Positions 8,917 through 17,166 of a stretch of 64,000 bases of DNA are shown here, in pieces. Below the pieces are notes generated by a model. That model was not told the DNA's origin. It worked only from the letters and a program-made list of their open reading frames with translations, and made no database searches. The stretch lies in IMG/VR virus record IMGVR_UViG_3300016471_000568; one strand, written 5' to 3'. Source of the DNA: an uncultured virus (IMG/VR IMGVR_UViG_3300016471_000568) (lineage: Duplodnaviria; Heunggongvirae; Uroviricota; Caudoviricetes). A program made the translations under genes and the position numbers. How positions within the stretch are numbered: the stretch's first letter is position 1; each line of letters begins with the position of its first letter.

Positions 8917-9364
8917 TAAAATATATGTATCAAAATCTGAATATTCAATGTTTAAAATAATGCGTACATCTGATCAGTTACGATGGTTGTTTGAAACATA
9001 TGATGCAGCAATTACACAAACAAATACACTCGATTTATCTAAGTTTTTTAATGATATTAAAGAAAATCTAGAACAATATAATACATCTTTATTAGAGTAT
9101 GATAACAATACTCATATGATTCAAAATGATTTACCTGCAGATAATAGTATAGATTTTGTTGATGTATTAGTTGATGATAAAAATATATTACTAGAATCAA
9201 ACAGCCTTAAGGCATTGCGATACGTTAAAAACAAATTTTTTGAATCTGGATACATGTTGCAACGAGATTTGGCAACAGAAAAACTGTTTCGAAAAGATAA
9301 AACAACTCGTTACATTCGTGTATTTCGTATTATTAATCACGTAAATTCAATGTGTCTTAATTAA
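8900..9364 (+). CDS. hypothetical protein (154 aa)
   Basis: ORF with GAGGT RBS. Confidence 0.7.
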   Translation: MKTIFNKIYVSKSEYSMFKIMRTSDQLRWLFETYDAAITQTNTLDLSKFFNDIKENLEQYNTSLLEYDNNTHMIQNDLPADNSIDFVDVLVDDKNILLESNSLKALRYVKNKFFESGYMLQRDLATEKLFRKDKTTRYIRVFRIINHVNSMCLN

Positions 9365-9924
9365 TGGCAAAAAAACAACAAACACCCGACGATATCATCA
9401 AACAGTTTGAAAAACCACAATTTTCAATTGCAGATGCGGTATTTTTTACTTGGTTAGGTTCAAAAAAATATGGTTATATTACAAAAATTAAAAAAACTAC
9501 ATGGGGTGTTATGTACACGGTTGAATCGAATAATACGCGTTATCCGTGCGGTGTTTCGATTAAAGGGTATAAAACAGCGTATACAACGGGATGCATCGAC
9601 GTCGATGAAACTAGATCCATTGAACGAGATACATTCAAGACACGCATCCAAAACGGACATACAAGCACATATACAGAGCTTTTTACAGACACCGGAAGGA
9701 CGACGCATGAAAGCAGAAGCAAGTCTAACGTTAGCGAATACATATCTGTATCAAATCATAAATCAGTTAAATCGACCCGAATTAACAATACGAGAAAAAA
9801 TGCTGTTAAATCTAGCTCTAATGGAAATAATGCAGGAACTAAAAAAGAACGAAAAAATATTGAACTCGATGCCGCAATACAACGACAACGAAATTTTTTG
9901 AATGGATTTGTATCAAATGATTGA
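9364..9924 (+). CDS. hypothetical protein (186 aa)
   Basis: TAATG coupling; beta-rich N-terminus and basic, disordered C-terminus. Confidence 0.7.
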   Translation: MAKKQQTPDDIIKQFEKPQFSIADAVFFTWLGSKKYGYITKIKKTTWGVMYTVESNNTRYPCGVSIKGYKTAYTTGCIDVDETRSIERDTFKTRIQNGHTSTYTELFTDTGRTTHESRSKSNVSEYISVSNHKSVKSTRINNTRKNAVKSSSNGNNAGTKKERKNIELDAAIQRQRNFLNGFVSND

Positions 9925-9930
9925 TGTTGG

Positions 9931-9959
9931 TTGGAAATTATAAATTTATTTTTTATTTT
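9931..9959 (+). promoter_or_regulatory. sigma70-type promoter TTGGAA-N17-TATTTT
   Basis: same class as 6831, 13200, 14673, 39623, 56915. Confidence 0.5.
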
Positions 9960-9985
9960 AAAAAAAACAAATAATTAATAAATTT

Positions 9986-10543
9986 ATGAAAACAATTGCA
10001 ATTATATTTACATTATTAACATTCTACGGATTTAGTCAGGATATCGATTATCAAAAATATACCAATGGGTATAAAACAGATTCATTTCCGTTAACGGGTA
10101 GCTATTTGACACAATGGAAACTAGATAGTGCAAAATTTGATAAATTGATTAGTACTGATTCAATTGAATACTATCTTTTAATTAAGTTTAATGAACTACG
10201 CAAATCACAAAAATTAACATCATTATCATTGTATGTCAATGATTCTGCTTATGTAAAATGTAATAATTGGGCAAACTATTTATTAGCAACGAAAAAAATG
10301 GGACACAATGGCGAAGCATATGAAATTGCAGCTGGTATTATATTTGATTTTAAACGATCTGCAGCCATTAATAAATACATTGCTGAAGAACTTTATAATA
10401 AATGGATAAATTCGCCTAGTCACAAACTTGCTATATTGAATCCAAATAAAAAATATATGATATCTTGCAATCAATGTAAATATTATTATGGAACTCCATT
10501 TTTTAGTAAAAAATTAGTAGGATTGGTAAGATTTTTTGAATAG
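9986..10543 (+). CDS. exported CAP/SCP-domain protein
   Basis: Sec signal peptide MKTIAIIFTLLTFYGFSQ; FNELRK...LTSL; KWINSPSHKLAIL (WxxSPxH CAP motif). Confidence 0.75.
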   Translation: MKTIAIIFTLLTFYGFSQDIDYQKYTNGYKTDSFPLTGSYLTQWKLDSAKFDKLISTDSIEYYLLIKFNELRKSQKLTSLSLYVNDSAYVKCNNWANYLLATKKMGHNGEAYEIAAGIIFDFKRSAAINKYIAEELYNKWINSPSHKLAILNPNKKYMISCNQCKYYYGTPFFSKKLVGLVRFFE

Positions 10544-10544
10544 T

Positions 10545-10574
10545 AAAAAAGGTTGCAGAAATGCAACCTTCTTT
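10545..10574. terminator. bidirectional terminator between convergent genes
   Basis: AAAAAAGGTTGCA-GAAA-TGCAACCTTCTTT. Confidence 0.8.
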
Positions 10575-10589
10575 ATGTTATTTTAATTA

Positions 10590-12707
10590 TTAATTATATG
10601 CATCACATATATGTACTAAATTTTCTGCAACACCGCCACCGGATAATAGTCCCAATCTAGGCAATTTAAATCGTTTAATTTTTCTTTTAAATCGTTTCCA
10701 TCTAGATTTAATTGAATATTTAAAATCACCGAATGAAACATAAGTATAATCTAAACTAAAAAACCATTTACCGGCAGTTTCAATTTTAGCATCAATTTCT
10801 TCTGTTGGAGGAGTTGGTGGTATCTCTGGTTTTTTTGTATAAAATAATACATATCCTGCATACGTACCTCGATGTGGCCCAAATATAGTTTCATATTCTT
10901 GTTGAAGCATTGCTGGTGTCGGTATTGGCTCATCTTGATACTTGTACATAAATGTACGTTTAAACGTTTCATAAGCCGTACTATTATTACGACCTGCATA
11001 AAAATATCTAGGTGTTACTTTGTCGACGTTATCGTCTTTTTCTTCTTGTTTAAATCCTTTATAGTATTTATTGTATAACGGCCCATATCCATTGCCATAT
11101 GTTTTTCCACTAGCATCGGCGGTTCCAGTTGGATCATACTCATACCAACCTGGACCTCGATTCGGATGTAAATTTGGGTCTTTTAATGCTTTAGCGCCCT
11201 CTGCTAGCGCTGGTAGCAATTTATCAATCACCGGTTTCATTCCCGTCGTAATACCCTCCGCACGTGCTTTACATAATTGTATGTTTCCTTGTGTTTTTTC
11301 AGCTGAAGATGGATTTTTGGATTTTGAATACTTAAACGTACCCACGGTACTAGATCTAGCACCTGCATTATATTCAATTCGATAAATTTCGCCACCATTG
11401 TTAACAATTGCATCAATGCGACGTTTCATTTCTGCCTCGAACGCAGTAGTATTCGACCATGTTGTTTCATCATCTCCGTTTCCATATATAACATTCTGCG
11501 ATGCTGGATCGTTTGGATTATCTGGATATGAATAATATGATGCGTATGCTTCTATTTGACTGCCATCTGCTTGTTTTTTTTGTACTTTTAGTAAATTAGC
11601 TTTGATTTCAGCTGCACCCGGAGCTATATAAAATGATGTATAATCTTGCCATGTTAATGACGGAACCGCTTCTACATTTTTACGATGTTGTTCTAGAATT
11701 CTAGGGAGCATATCGATTTTATCTTGAGGAGTCATTTCTACGGAATATGTTGAAGACCCCCCTTCTTCACCACCGGCGCCTGCGGCTCCTAAAACTAATT
11801 TAGTAGCAAAATTTTGCAACCTAGCTAAGTCTCGTTTCATATCATTATAAAAAAGATTCGGGTCTGGGTTTTCTTCGTCTCCCATTTTATTGTATTCAGC
11901 AGCTAACTTCGTAAGAAATGTATTATCAATTGTATATGTAACTCCATTTGGATCTTTTCCTGTAGCAACTGCAGTAAATAACCAATTTAAAGCTGATGAT
12001 GCATCATCAGAAAATATTTCCATTAAATCTTCGCCAGATAAGAAAATATTTTGTTTCTGCATTTCTTGTAATTTTTCTATGAAACTAGATATATTTAAAG
12101 TATATGATTCGGCTGTTGTGCTTGCAATTGGTAGATCATTAATTGCGCTCAATGTTTGTATTACAGTTGACATTTGATTTTCGGCAGCCGGATCTGCCTC
12201 CCCACCTAAAACTTTAGCACCATACCAATACATTATGGTACCTTCATCTCGTGTACGTTTAGTATACATTAAATCAAGAACTTCTTTATATCCACCTGTA
12301 TTTTTTACTTCATCGGTGTCTTTTGCTTCTAATTCTGCGCGTGACGGCAAACCTTTCTTTTTTAACCACCTTTTAGTTCTCCATTGTGCCCATTTTACCA
12401 TTAATGGCATTGATTGTATTTTTCTTCGTACTCTACTTTTTAATCTTCGAAGCCCCCTTTGACCATAAACCGTACTTTGGTCAGCGTCTAAAGTTTGATC
12501 TGGGTCTGGGGTTGGTGGGTCGGTTGGTTTTTCTAAAAGTAATTTTAGGTTTGTAGATTCAACTAATTCACCATATTCATTAATGTATGTGTAATCAGAA
12601 TAAAAATCTTTTTTCGATTTATTTTGAAGTAAAATTAATTCATTTTCATTTAAATTTTTTACTCCAAATCTTAGCATATTTTCTGCTAGAATATTATGTA
12701 AACTCAT
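10590..12707 (-). CDS. large ENMLRF-leader protein with possible OmpA-like C-terminal domain
   Basis: start moved to MSLHNILAENMLRFG (AAAGGAA RBS); GNIQLCKARAEGI resembles the OmpA N-x-x-LS-x-x-RA motif. Confidence 0.75.
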   Translation of the reverse strand: MSLHNILAENMLRFGVKNLNENELILLQNKSKKDFYSDYTYINEYGELVESTNLKLLLEKPTDPPTPDPDQTLDADQSTVYGQRGLRRLKSRVRRKIQSMPLMVKWAQWRTKRWLKKKGLPSRAELEAKDTDEVKNTGGYKEVLDLMYTKRTRDEGTIMYWYGAKVLGGEADPAAENQMSTVIQTLSAINDLPIASTTAESYTLNISSFIEKLQEMQKQNIFLSGEDLMEIFSDDASSALNWLFTAVATGKDPNGVTYTIDNTFLTKLAAEYNKMGDEENPDPNLFYNDMKRDLARLQNFATKLVLGAAGAGGEEGGSSTYSVEMTPQDKIDMLPRILEQHRKNVEAVPSLTWQDYTSFYIAPGAAEIKANLLKVQKKQADGSQIEAYASYYSYPDNPNDPASQNVIYGNGDDETTWSNTTAFEAEMKRRIDAIVNNGGEIYRIEYNAGARSSTVGTFKYSKSKNPSSAEKTQGNIQLCKARAEGITTGMKPVIDKLLPALAEGAKALKDPNLHPNRGPGWYEYDPTGTADASGKTYGNGYGPLYNKYYKGFKQEEKDDNVDKVTPRYFYAGRNNSTAYETFKRTFMYKYQDEPIPTPAMLQQEYETIFGPHRGTYAGYVLFYTKKPEIPPTPPTEEIDAKIETAGKWFFSLDYTYVSFGDFKYSIKSRWKRFKRKIKRFKLPRLGLLSGGGVAENLVHICDAYN

Positions 12708-12727
12708 GTATTCCTTTAAATATAATT

Positions 12728-13138
12728 TTACAACTGCTGCCAACTATCGCCATCAAGATCTAAAGAATCTGAAGCAACACCGTGCTTTTTAAATATGTTT
12801 AAATTTCTATTGAATTTCTGAAGCGCTCGTTTAAACGTTTGTGGGTTATGTATTTTTTTCCTATTATGTCTTCGTTTAAGTCTTCGAATATATCGAGATA
12901 AATTCATTCCTTTTCGTTTTAATAGTTTAGCTAATCGATCGAATGGCCCTGGGTCAGTTTCGTCTGCATTAACTAATTCCATTTCCAATGAATCCAATTC
13001 TGTATCATCAACGTCGTCGTTAGTATTATCAACTTGTATATCTTGATCAAGATCTTGTTCAAGAATTAGTCGATCTAATGTTGTTAAGTTTTTTGCTTTA
13101 AATCTTAGCATATTTTCTGCTAAATTTATTTTTTTCAT
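12728..13138 (-). CDS. ENMLRF-leader protein (136 aa), acidic then highly basic
   Basis: MKKINLAENMLRFKAKNL; AAAGGA RBS; late box upstream. Confidence 0.8.
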   Translation of the reverse strand: MKKINLAENMLRFKAKNLTTLDRLILEQDLDQDIQVDNTNDDVDDTELDSLEMELVNADETDPGPFDRLAKLLKRKGMNLSRYIRRLKRRHNRKKIHNPQTFKRALQKFNRNLNIFKKHGVASDSLDLDGDSWQQL

Positions 13139-13158
13139 ATATCCTTTATTTGTTTCAT

Positions 13159-13207
13159 ATAAATATTACGCAAAAAAAAAAATACAAAAAAAAAACGATT
13201 TGGATTT
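13159..13207. repeat. 49-bp direct repeat copy 1 (divergent promoter unit)
   Basis: ATAAATATTACGC-A11-TAC-A10-CGATTTGGATTT, identical to 14632-14680. Confidence 0.9.
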
Positions 13208-13228
13208 ATGAAACTAATTTCATATTAT
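13200..13228 (+). promoter_or_regulatory. sigma70-type promoter TTGGAT-N17-TATTAT
   Basis: exact 17-nt spacer. Confidence 0.6.
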
Positions 13229-13262
13229 CATAATATAATTAACCAGTTAAAAAATTAAAGTC

Positions 13263-13826
13263 ATGAAAAAGTTATTGTTTGTATTCATATTAGTTTCTAA
13301 CATAGTTGTTGCACAACAACAAACCGTTGTAGGAACAAATATTCCATGGTATTCTGATATCATAAAATATACATTGCCAGATCCAGATGCTAAAGATTTG
13401 TTATCTTCTTTAATTGAAGTAGTTGCAATAAATGAAATTGATTATTCTAAAAGATTGGTTTTCTTAAACGAAGATTCTGTTTTAGTAAATTTTGAAAAGT
13501 CGTTAAATGAAATGCGAGCTCAATATCATCAACCTCCATTAAAACATAATGACTCAATATCAAAAAGCATAAAATACACTTATGAAAATGGATTACCAGC
13601 CGAATTTTCAGATACTTATTACCTTTTAGAACCCGTACTATATCAAAATATCGTAATAAATTTTGATAATAAAGAAAAAGCTTATTGTGATTATATTATT
13701 GATTTAGCAACTATGACCGATATGGATTTTTTTGAAATGACAGACTCAACTGCTTTAGAATATGGATTCTACTTTGATGATACGGTATATGAAGGTGTGT
13801 ATGCTGTGATTATTGTCGTAAAATAA
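13263..13826 (+). CDS. exported protein with degenerate CAP-like domain
   Basis: signal peptide MKKLLFVFILVSNIVVAQ; LNEMRAQYHQPPLKHNDSIS resembles the CAP N-terminal motif. Confidence 0.65.
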   Translation: MKKLLFVFILVSNIVVAQQQTVVGTNIPWYSDIIKYTLPDPDAKDLLSSLIEVVAINEIDYSKRLVFLNEDSVLVNFEKSLNEMRAQYHQPPLKHNDSISKSIKYTYENGLPAEFSDTYYLLEPVLYQNIVINFDNKEKAYCDYIIDLATMTDMDFFEMTDSTALEYGFYFDDTVYEGVYAVIIVVK

Positions 13827-13839
13827 AATGATTTATTGT

Positions 13840-13886
13840 TTTAATAATAAAATTAGGACGCCGGACGCCCTAATTTTATTATTAAA
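13840..13886. terminator. long inverted repeat / bidirectional terminator between convergent genes
   Basis: TTTAATAATAAAATTAGG ... CCTAATTTTATTATTAAA, 18-bp perfect arms. Confidence 0.75.
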
Positions 13887-13896
13887 CATTTTCTAT

Positions 13897-14580
13897 CTAT
13901 TCAGGTGTATATGTGCCTGCTACACCCGGTGCTTTTAGCATAGATGCGTTAGCTAATAATGTTGTTCTCATATCCATCCCATATGGATCGATTCTATACA
14001 ATTTACCGCCGCCGGATGCAACTAAATTTGATAAACTTGGATAATAAAATACATTAGTTAGTTGCCCTCTTTTGATGATTTTTCCATTATAACTATATTT
14101 TCCATCTAAAAGTTGTTGTAATTTTGTTTGGTCCCATTCGGTTTCTGATTTTTGTAGTGACATTAACATACTCGAATCGTCAAAATACATCGATGGACAA
14201 AATGCTACTGTGTGGCTTGGACTTGGCACAAATTTTGAACCTTTTGCTAAAACATGAAATCCGCTTCGGCCCGCAATACCACTGCATACTATAATTTCTG
14301 GATTAACAAATGATGAATTTTTCTTTATTATTCCAATTGCTAATCCATTTCGTATAGCTTCGTTTTCTCCAGCTAATGCATTTTTTGCCGTCTTCATCCA
14401 GTCTGGGTCTTTTGGAAAAGCTCCCTCGGGCTCTTCCATTAATCGATATTTAACATGTTCATGCAAACCATGTTGGTTGATGGTTTCCATGATTGATTTA
14501 AGTATTAATTCTCTTTGTGCTGCTTCGGATAAATTTTTGGTGCCAAAACGAAGCATGTTTTCTGAAAGTAAATTTTTCAT
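13897..14580 (-). CDS. ENMLRF-leader protein (227 aa)
   Basis: MKNLLSENMLRFGTKNLSE; AAAGGA RBS; late box upstream. Confidence 0.8.
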   Translation of the reverse strand: MKNLLSENMLRFGTKNLSEAAQRELILKSIMETINQHGLHEHVKYRLMEEPEGAFPKDPDWMKTAKNALAGENEAIRNGLAIGIIKKNSSFVNPEIIVCSGIAGRSGFHVLAKGSKFVPSPSHTVAFCPSMYFDDSSMLMSLQKSETEWDQTKLQQLLDGKYSYNGKIIKRGQLTNVFYYPSLSNLVASGGGKLYRIDPYGMDMRTTLLANASMLKAPGVAGTYTPE

Positions 14581-14631
14581 TTATTATTTTTCCTTTATGA
14601 TTTTTAATATATATGTTTCAATGTTACAATA

Positions 14632-14680
14632 ATAAATATTACGCAAAAAAAAAAATACAAAAAAAAAACGATTTGGATTT
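14632..14680. repeat. 49-bp direct repeat copy 2 (divergent promoter unit)
   Basis: identical to 13159-13207, including the A11 and A10 tracts. Confidence 0.9.
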
Positions 14681-14701
14681 TACATTTTTTTTACATAATA
14701 T
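14673..14701 (+). promoter_or_regulatory. sigma70-type promoter TTGGAT-N17-TAATAT
   Basis: exact 17-nt spacer upstream of uvsE. Confidence 0.55.
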
Positions 14702-14715
14702 AAAATAAAACATAT

Positions 14716-15741
14716 ATGATTCGTTTTGGTTATGCTTGTATCAACATGGAGTTATCTGCGCACGGCATTCGCACCGGCCGTGCCATGATTGATCGCAAAT
14801 TCAAGCTTGGTGGCTTACGGCTTGCAGCTGACATTGCACTTGCCAATGCCCGTGATTTACTTGCTATTCTGCAATGGAATGAAGCACATGGTATACGATT
14901 GTTTCGGTTAGGTTCCGAGCTCTTTCCACGTTGGAATCATTACGAACTTGCTGATTTGCCTGACATTGATCTTATTGTGCAGCATTTACGTTCTGCAGGT
15001 GATTATGCTCGCGCACATGGGCATCGCATCACAACACATCCTGGTCCATTTCATATTCTTGGTAGTCCCGATGCTGTTGTTGTTGATAATTCTATCGTTG
15101 GTCTTGAACGACATTCTGAGCTCTTCGATATGATGGGTTTTGCACCTAGCTTTGAGAACAAGATCAATATTCACGTTGGTGCTACTTACAATGATAAGCC
15201 TGGTACTATTATGCGATGGTTGCATAACTATGATCGTTTATCAGATTCTTGCAAGGCGCGTTTGGTTATTGAGAATGATGACAAGGCATCTATGTATTCG
15301 GTGCGCGAGTTGTATGAAATGTTGCATGCTGAGATTGCCATACCCATTACATTTGACTATTGGCATCACACTTTCAATACTGGTGACTTGTCCGAACAAG
15401 AAGCATTCTTTATGGCTCGCGAGACATGGCAGCGTCATGGTGTTACTCAATGCACTCATTACAGTGAATCTCGACGACGCGAAGCACAAATTCTTATTGA
15501 GCGTATGTTTGCTCATCACAACATTGACATTGCTGATTTACCCAAATGGCCTACCTTTCACAAACAATACAAAGAGTTTACCAAGATCAAGGAGCAGGCT
15601 CATGCTGATTATATTACACGGCTTCCAGACACGTACGGCGTAGCTGATCTTGATGTTATGGTTGAAGCAAAAGCAAAAGAACAAGCATTGCTCAATTTAA
15701 ACGTTGAATGTTGTAAAAATACGCAATTAATTTTAGAATAG
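14716..15741 (+). CDS. uvsE: UV DNA damage endonuclease
   Basis: RFGYACIN, GIRLFRLGSELFP, ITTHPG, INIHVG, LVIENDD, TFDYWHH, HYSES, AHADYI, VMVEAKAKE. Confidence 0.95.
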   Translation: MIRFGYACINMELSAHGIRTGRAMIDRKFKLGGLRLAADIALANARDLLAILQWNEAHGIRLFRLGSELFPRWNHYELADLPDIDLIVQHLRSAGDYARAHGHRITTHPGPFHILGSPDAVVVDNSIVGLERHSELFDMMGFAPSFENKINIHVGATYNDKPGTIMRWLHNYDRLSDSCKARLVIENDDKASMYSVRELYEMLHAEIAIPITFDYWHHTFNTGDLSEQEAFFMARETWQRHGVTQCTHYSESRRREAQILIERMFAHHNIDIADLPKWPTFHKQYKEFTKIKEQAHADYITRLPDTYGVADLDVMVEAKAKEQALLNLNVECCKNTQLILE

Positions 15742-15785
15742 TATATTTATATATAAATAATATTAATAATATAAAAAGGTTATTT

Positions 15786-15968
15786 ATGAAAGCAGATTAT
15801 CGCTATAAAGCAAAAATTACGGATGATATTGCAGATGCACATGAAACAATTCGCGTAACAGCTAAGGCTTTAAATGAAGGAAAACTTGATAAAGCATCTG
15901 CACTTGACAATTTGGCTCGTGCAATGAAAAAATTAGAAGCAGCAAAATACTATATTGACCGAGGATAA
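15786..15968 (+). CDS. hypothetical protein (60 aa)
   Basis: ORF with AAAGGT RBS and TATTTATA box. Confidence 0.65.
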   Translation: MKADYRYKAKITDDIADAHETIRVTAKALNEGKLDKASALDNLARAMKKLEAAKYYIDRG

Positions 15969-17005
15969 TGGCAAAACGATTTCCGTATCTTGTATTAGCA
16001 GCAGCATTCGGTTTGGCTGCAAGTGCAGCATATTATAGCGTATTTGGTTTAAGCAAATTGTTTGCATCGCAAGCAACTTCCGTAATTATACTTGCATCTA
16101 CATTGGAAATTTCCAAACTCGTAACTGCATCATATTTGCATCGTTATTGGTCTGAAATAAACAAATCAATGAAAGTTTATTTAACTAGTGCCGTTGTGAT
16201 TTTAATGATGATTACGTCATTAGGAATTTATGGATTTTTAGCATCATCATACCAAGACACGGCATATCGATTGCAAAATCTAGAAACTATTGTTGACAAT
16301 CAACAAAACAAACAACACAGATTTCAAACACAATTGGATGCAGTAACTCAAGAAAAACAAACGGTTGATAAAAATGTAACACAACTAACTCAAGCATTAT
16401 CTAGCAATCAAAATCGTTATGTAGATGCTAAGGGCAACCAAATCGTAAAAACTGATGCTGCAAATCGCAAGACATATGAAAAACAATTGGATATTTCCAT
16501 GCAGCGTTTGCATGAATTAACTAAGCGAGAATCGGCATTATCGGATTCGGTAACTGCGATAGATTTAAAAATTGCAGATCTGCAAACAACGTCCGATGTT
16601 GCAGCAGAAATAGGACCATTAAAATACATTGCAAAGATAACCGGAAAATCTATGGATTCAGTAGTCAATTGGTTGATTATCATGCTCATCTTAGTATTTG
16701 ATCCATTAGCTATCATATTGCTAGTTTCTGCTAATAGAATTTTACAACATAACACTCAAAATATCATTAACAACATCAATCCTACGCAGGATAAACAATC
16801 TCTGCAGGCGGAGCGGTCGGAAGCAACCGAGGAGAGACCAGCCGAGAGGGTTAAAGCCCCAACTCATGCTTCCGACACTGAAATTGAACATCAACCAATT
16901 TATAAACACGGATTTCAAGTAAAACAAGAAACTCCAGCAACTCCGCAAATATTATCATATTGGAATAAAACAAGAAGCGATCGTGAAAAGAAACGTAAAA
17001 AGTAG
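15968..17005 (+). CDS. membrane protein with long coiled coil
   Basis: about three N-terminal hydrophobic segments, coiled coil, C-terminal TM (WLIIMLILVFDPLAIILL). Confidence 0.8.
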   Translation: MAKRFPYLVLAAAFGLAASAAYYSVFGLSKLFASQATSVIILASTLEISKLVTASYLHRYWSEINKSMKVYLTSAVVILMMITSLGIYGFLASSYQDTAYRLQNLETIVDNQQNKQHRFQTQLDAVTQEKQTVDKNVTQLTQALSSNQNRYVDAKGNQIVKTDAANRKTYEKQLDISMQRLHELTKRESALSDSVTAIDLKIADLQTTSDVAAEIGPLKYIAKITGKSMDSVVNWLIIMLILVFDPLAIILLVSANRILQHNTQNIINNINPTQDKQSLQAERSEATEERPAERVKAPTHASDTEIEHQPIYKHGFQVKQETPATPQILSYWNKTRSDREKKRKK

Positions 17006-17006
17006 T

Positions 17007-17150
17007 ATGGTCCCTAGGGGCTTTAAAAAGTTACAATGCAAATATTGCAATGAAATTTGTCAAAAAGTAGATGTAAATGCAACTGCAGTTACATGTTATA
17101 AGTGTGTATCTAAATTAGTTAACGGCAACCAATTGGAAATACGAAAATAA
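17007..17150 (+). CDS. small zinc-ribbon protein (47 aa; not in ORF track)
   Basis: MVPRGFKKLQCKYCNEICQKVDVNATAVTCYKCVSKLVNGNQLEIRK, two CxxC pairs; in-frame GTG at 16983 is an alternative start. Confidence 0.7.
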   Translation: MVPRGFKKLQCKYCNEICQKVDVNATAVTCYKCVSKLVNGNQLEIRK

Positions 17151-17166
17151 ATCAATATAATAAGTT

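Noticed and set aside
9470..9901. 143-aa alternative-frame ORF inside 9364..9924
   Set aside because: Fully nested with no initiation signal; overprinting is not excluded but is unsupported.
12708..12743. N-terminal extension of the 717-aa ORF
   Set aside because: It overlaps the upstream gene; the RBS and shared leader support the ATG at 12707.
13159..14680. Possible IS/transposon or integron cassette
   Set aside because: No transposase or integrase, terminal inverted repeats or attC structure is visible; treated as a homology-bounded cassette instead.
15140..15643. 167-aa alternative-frame ORF in uvsE
   Set aside because: Shadow ORF, explained by the gene's codon bias.
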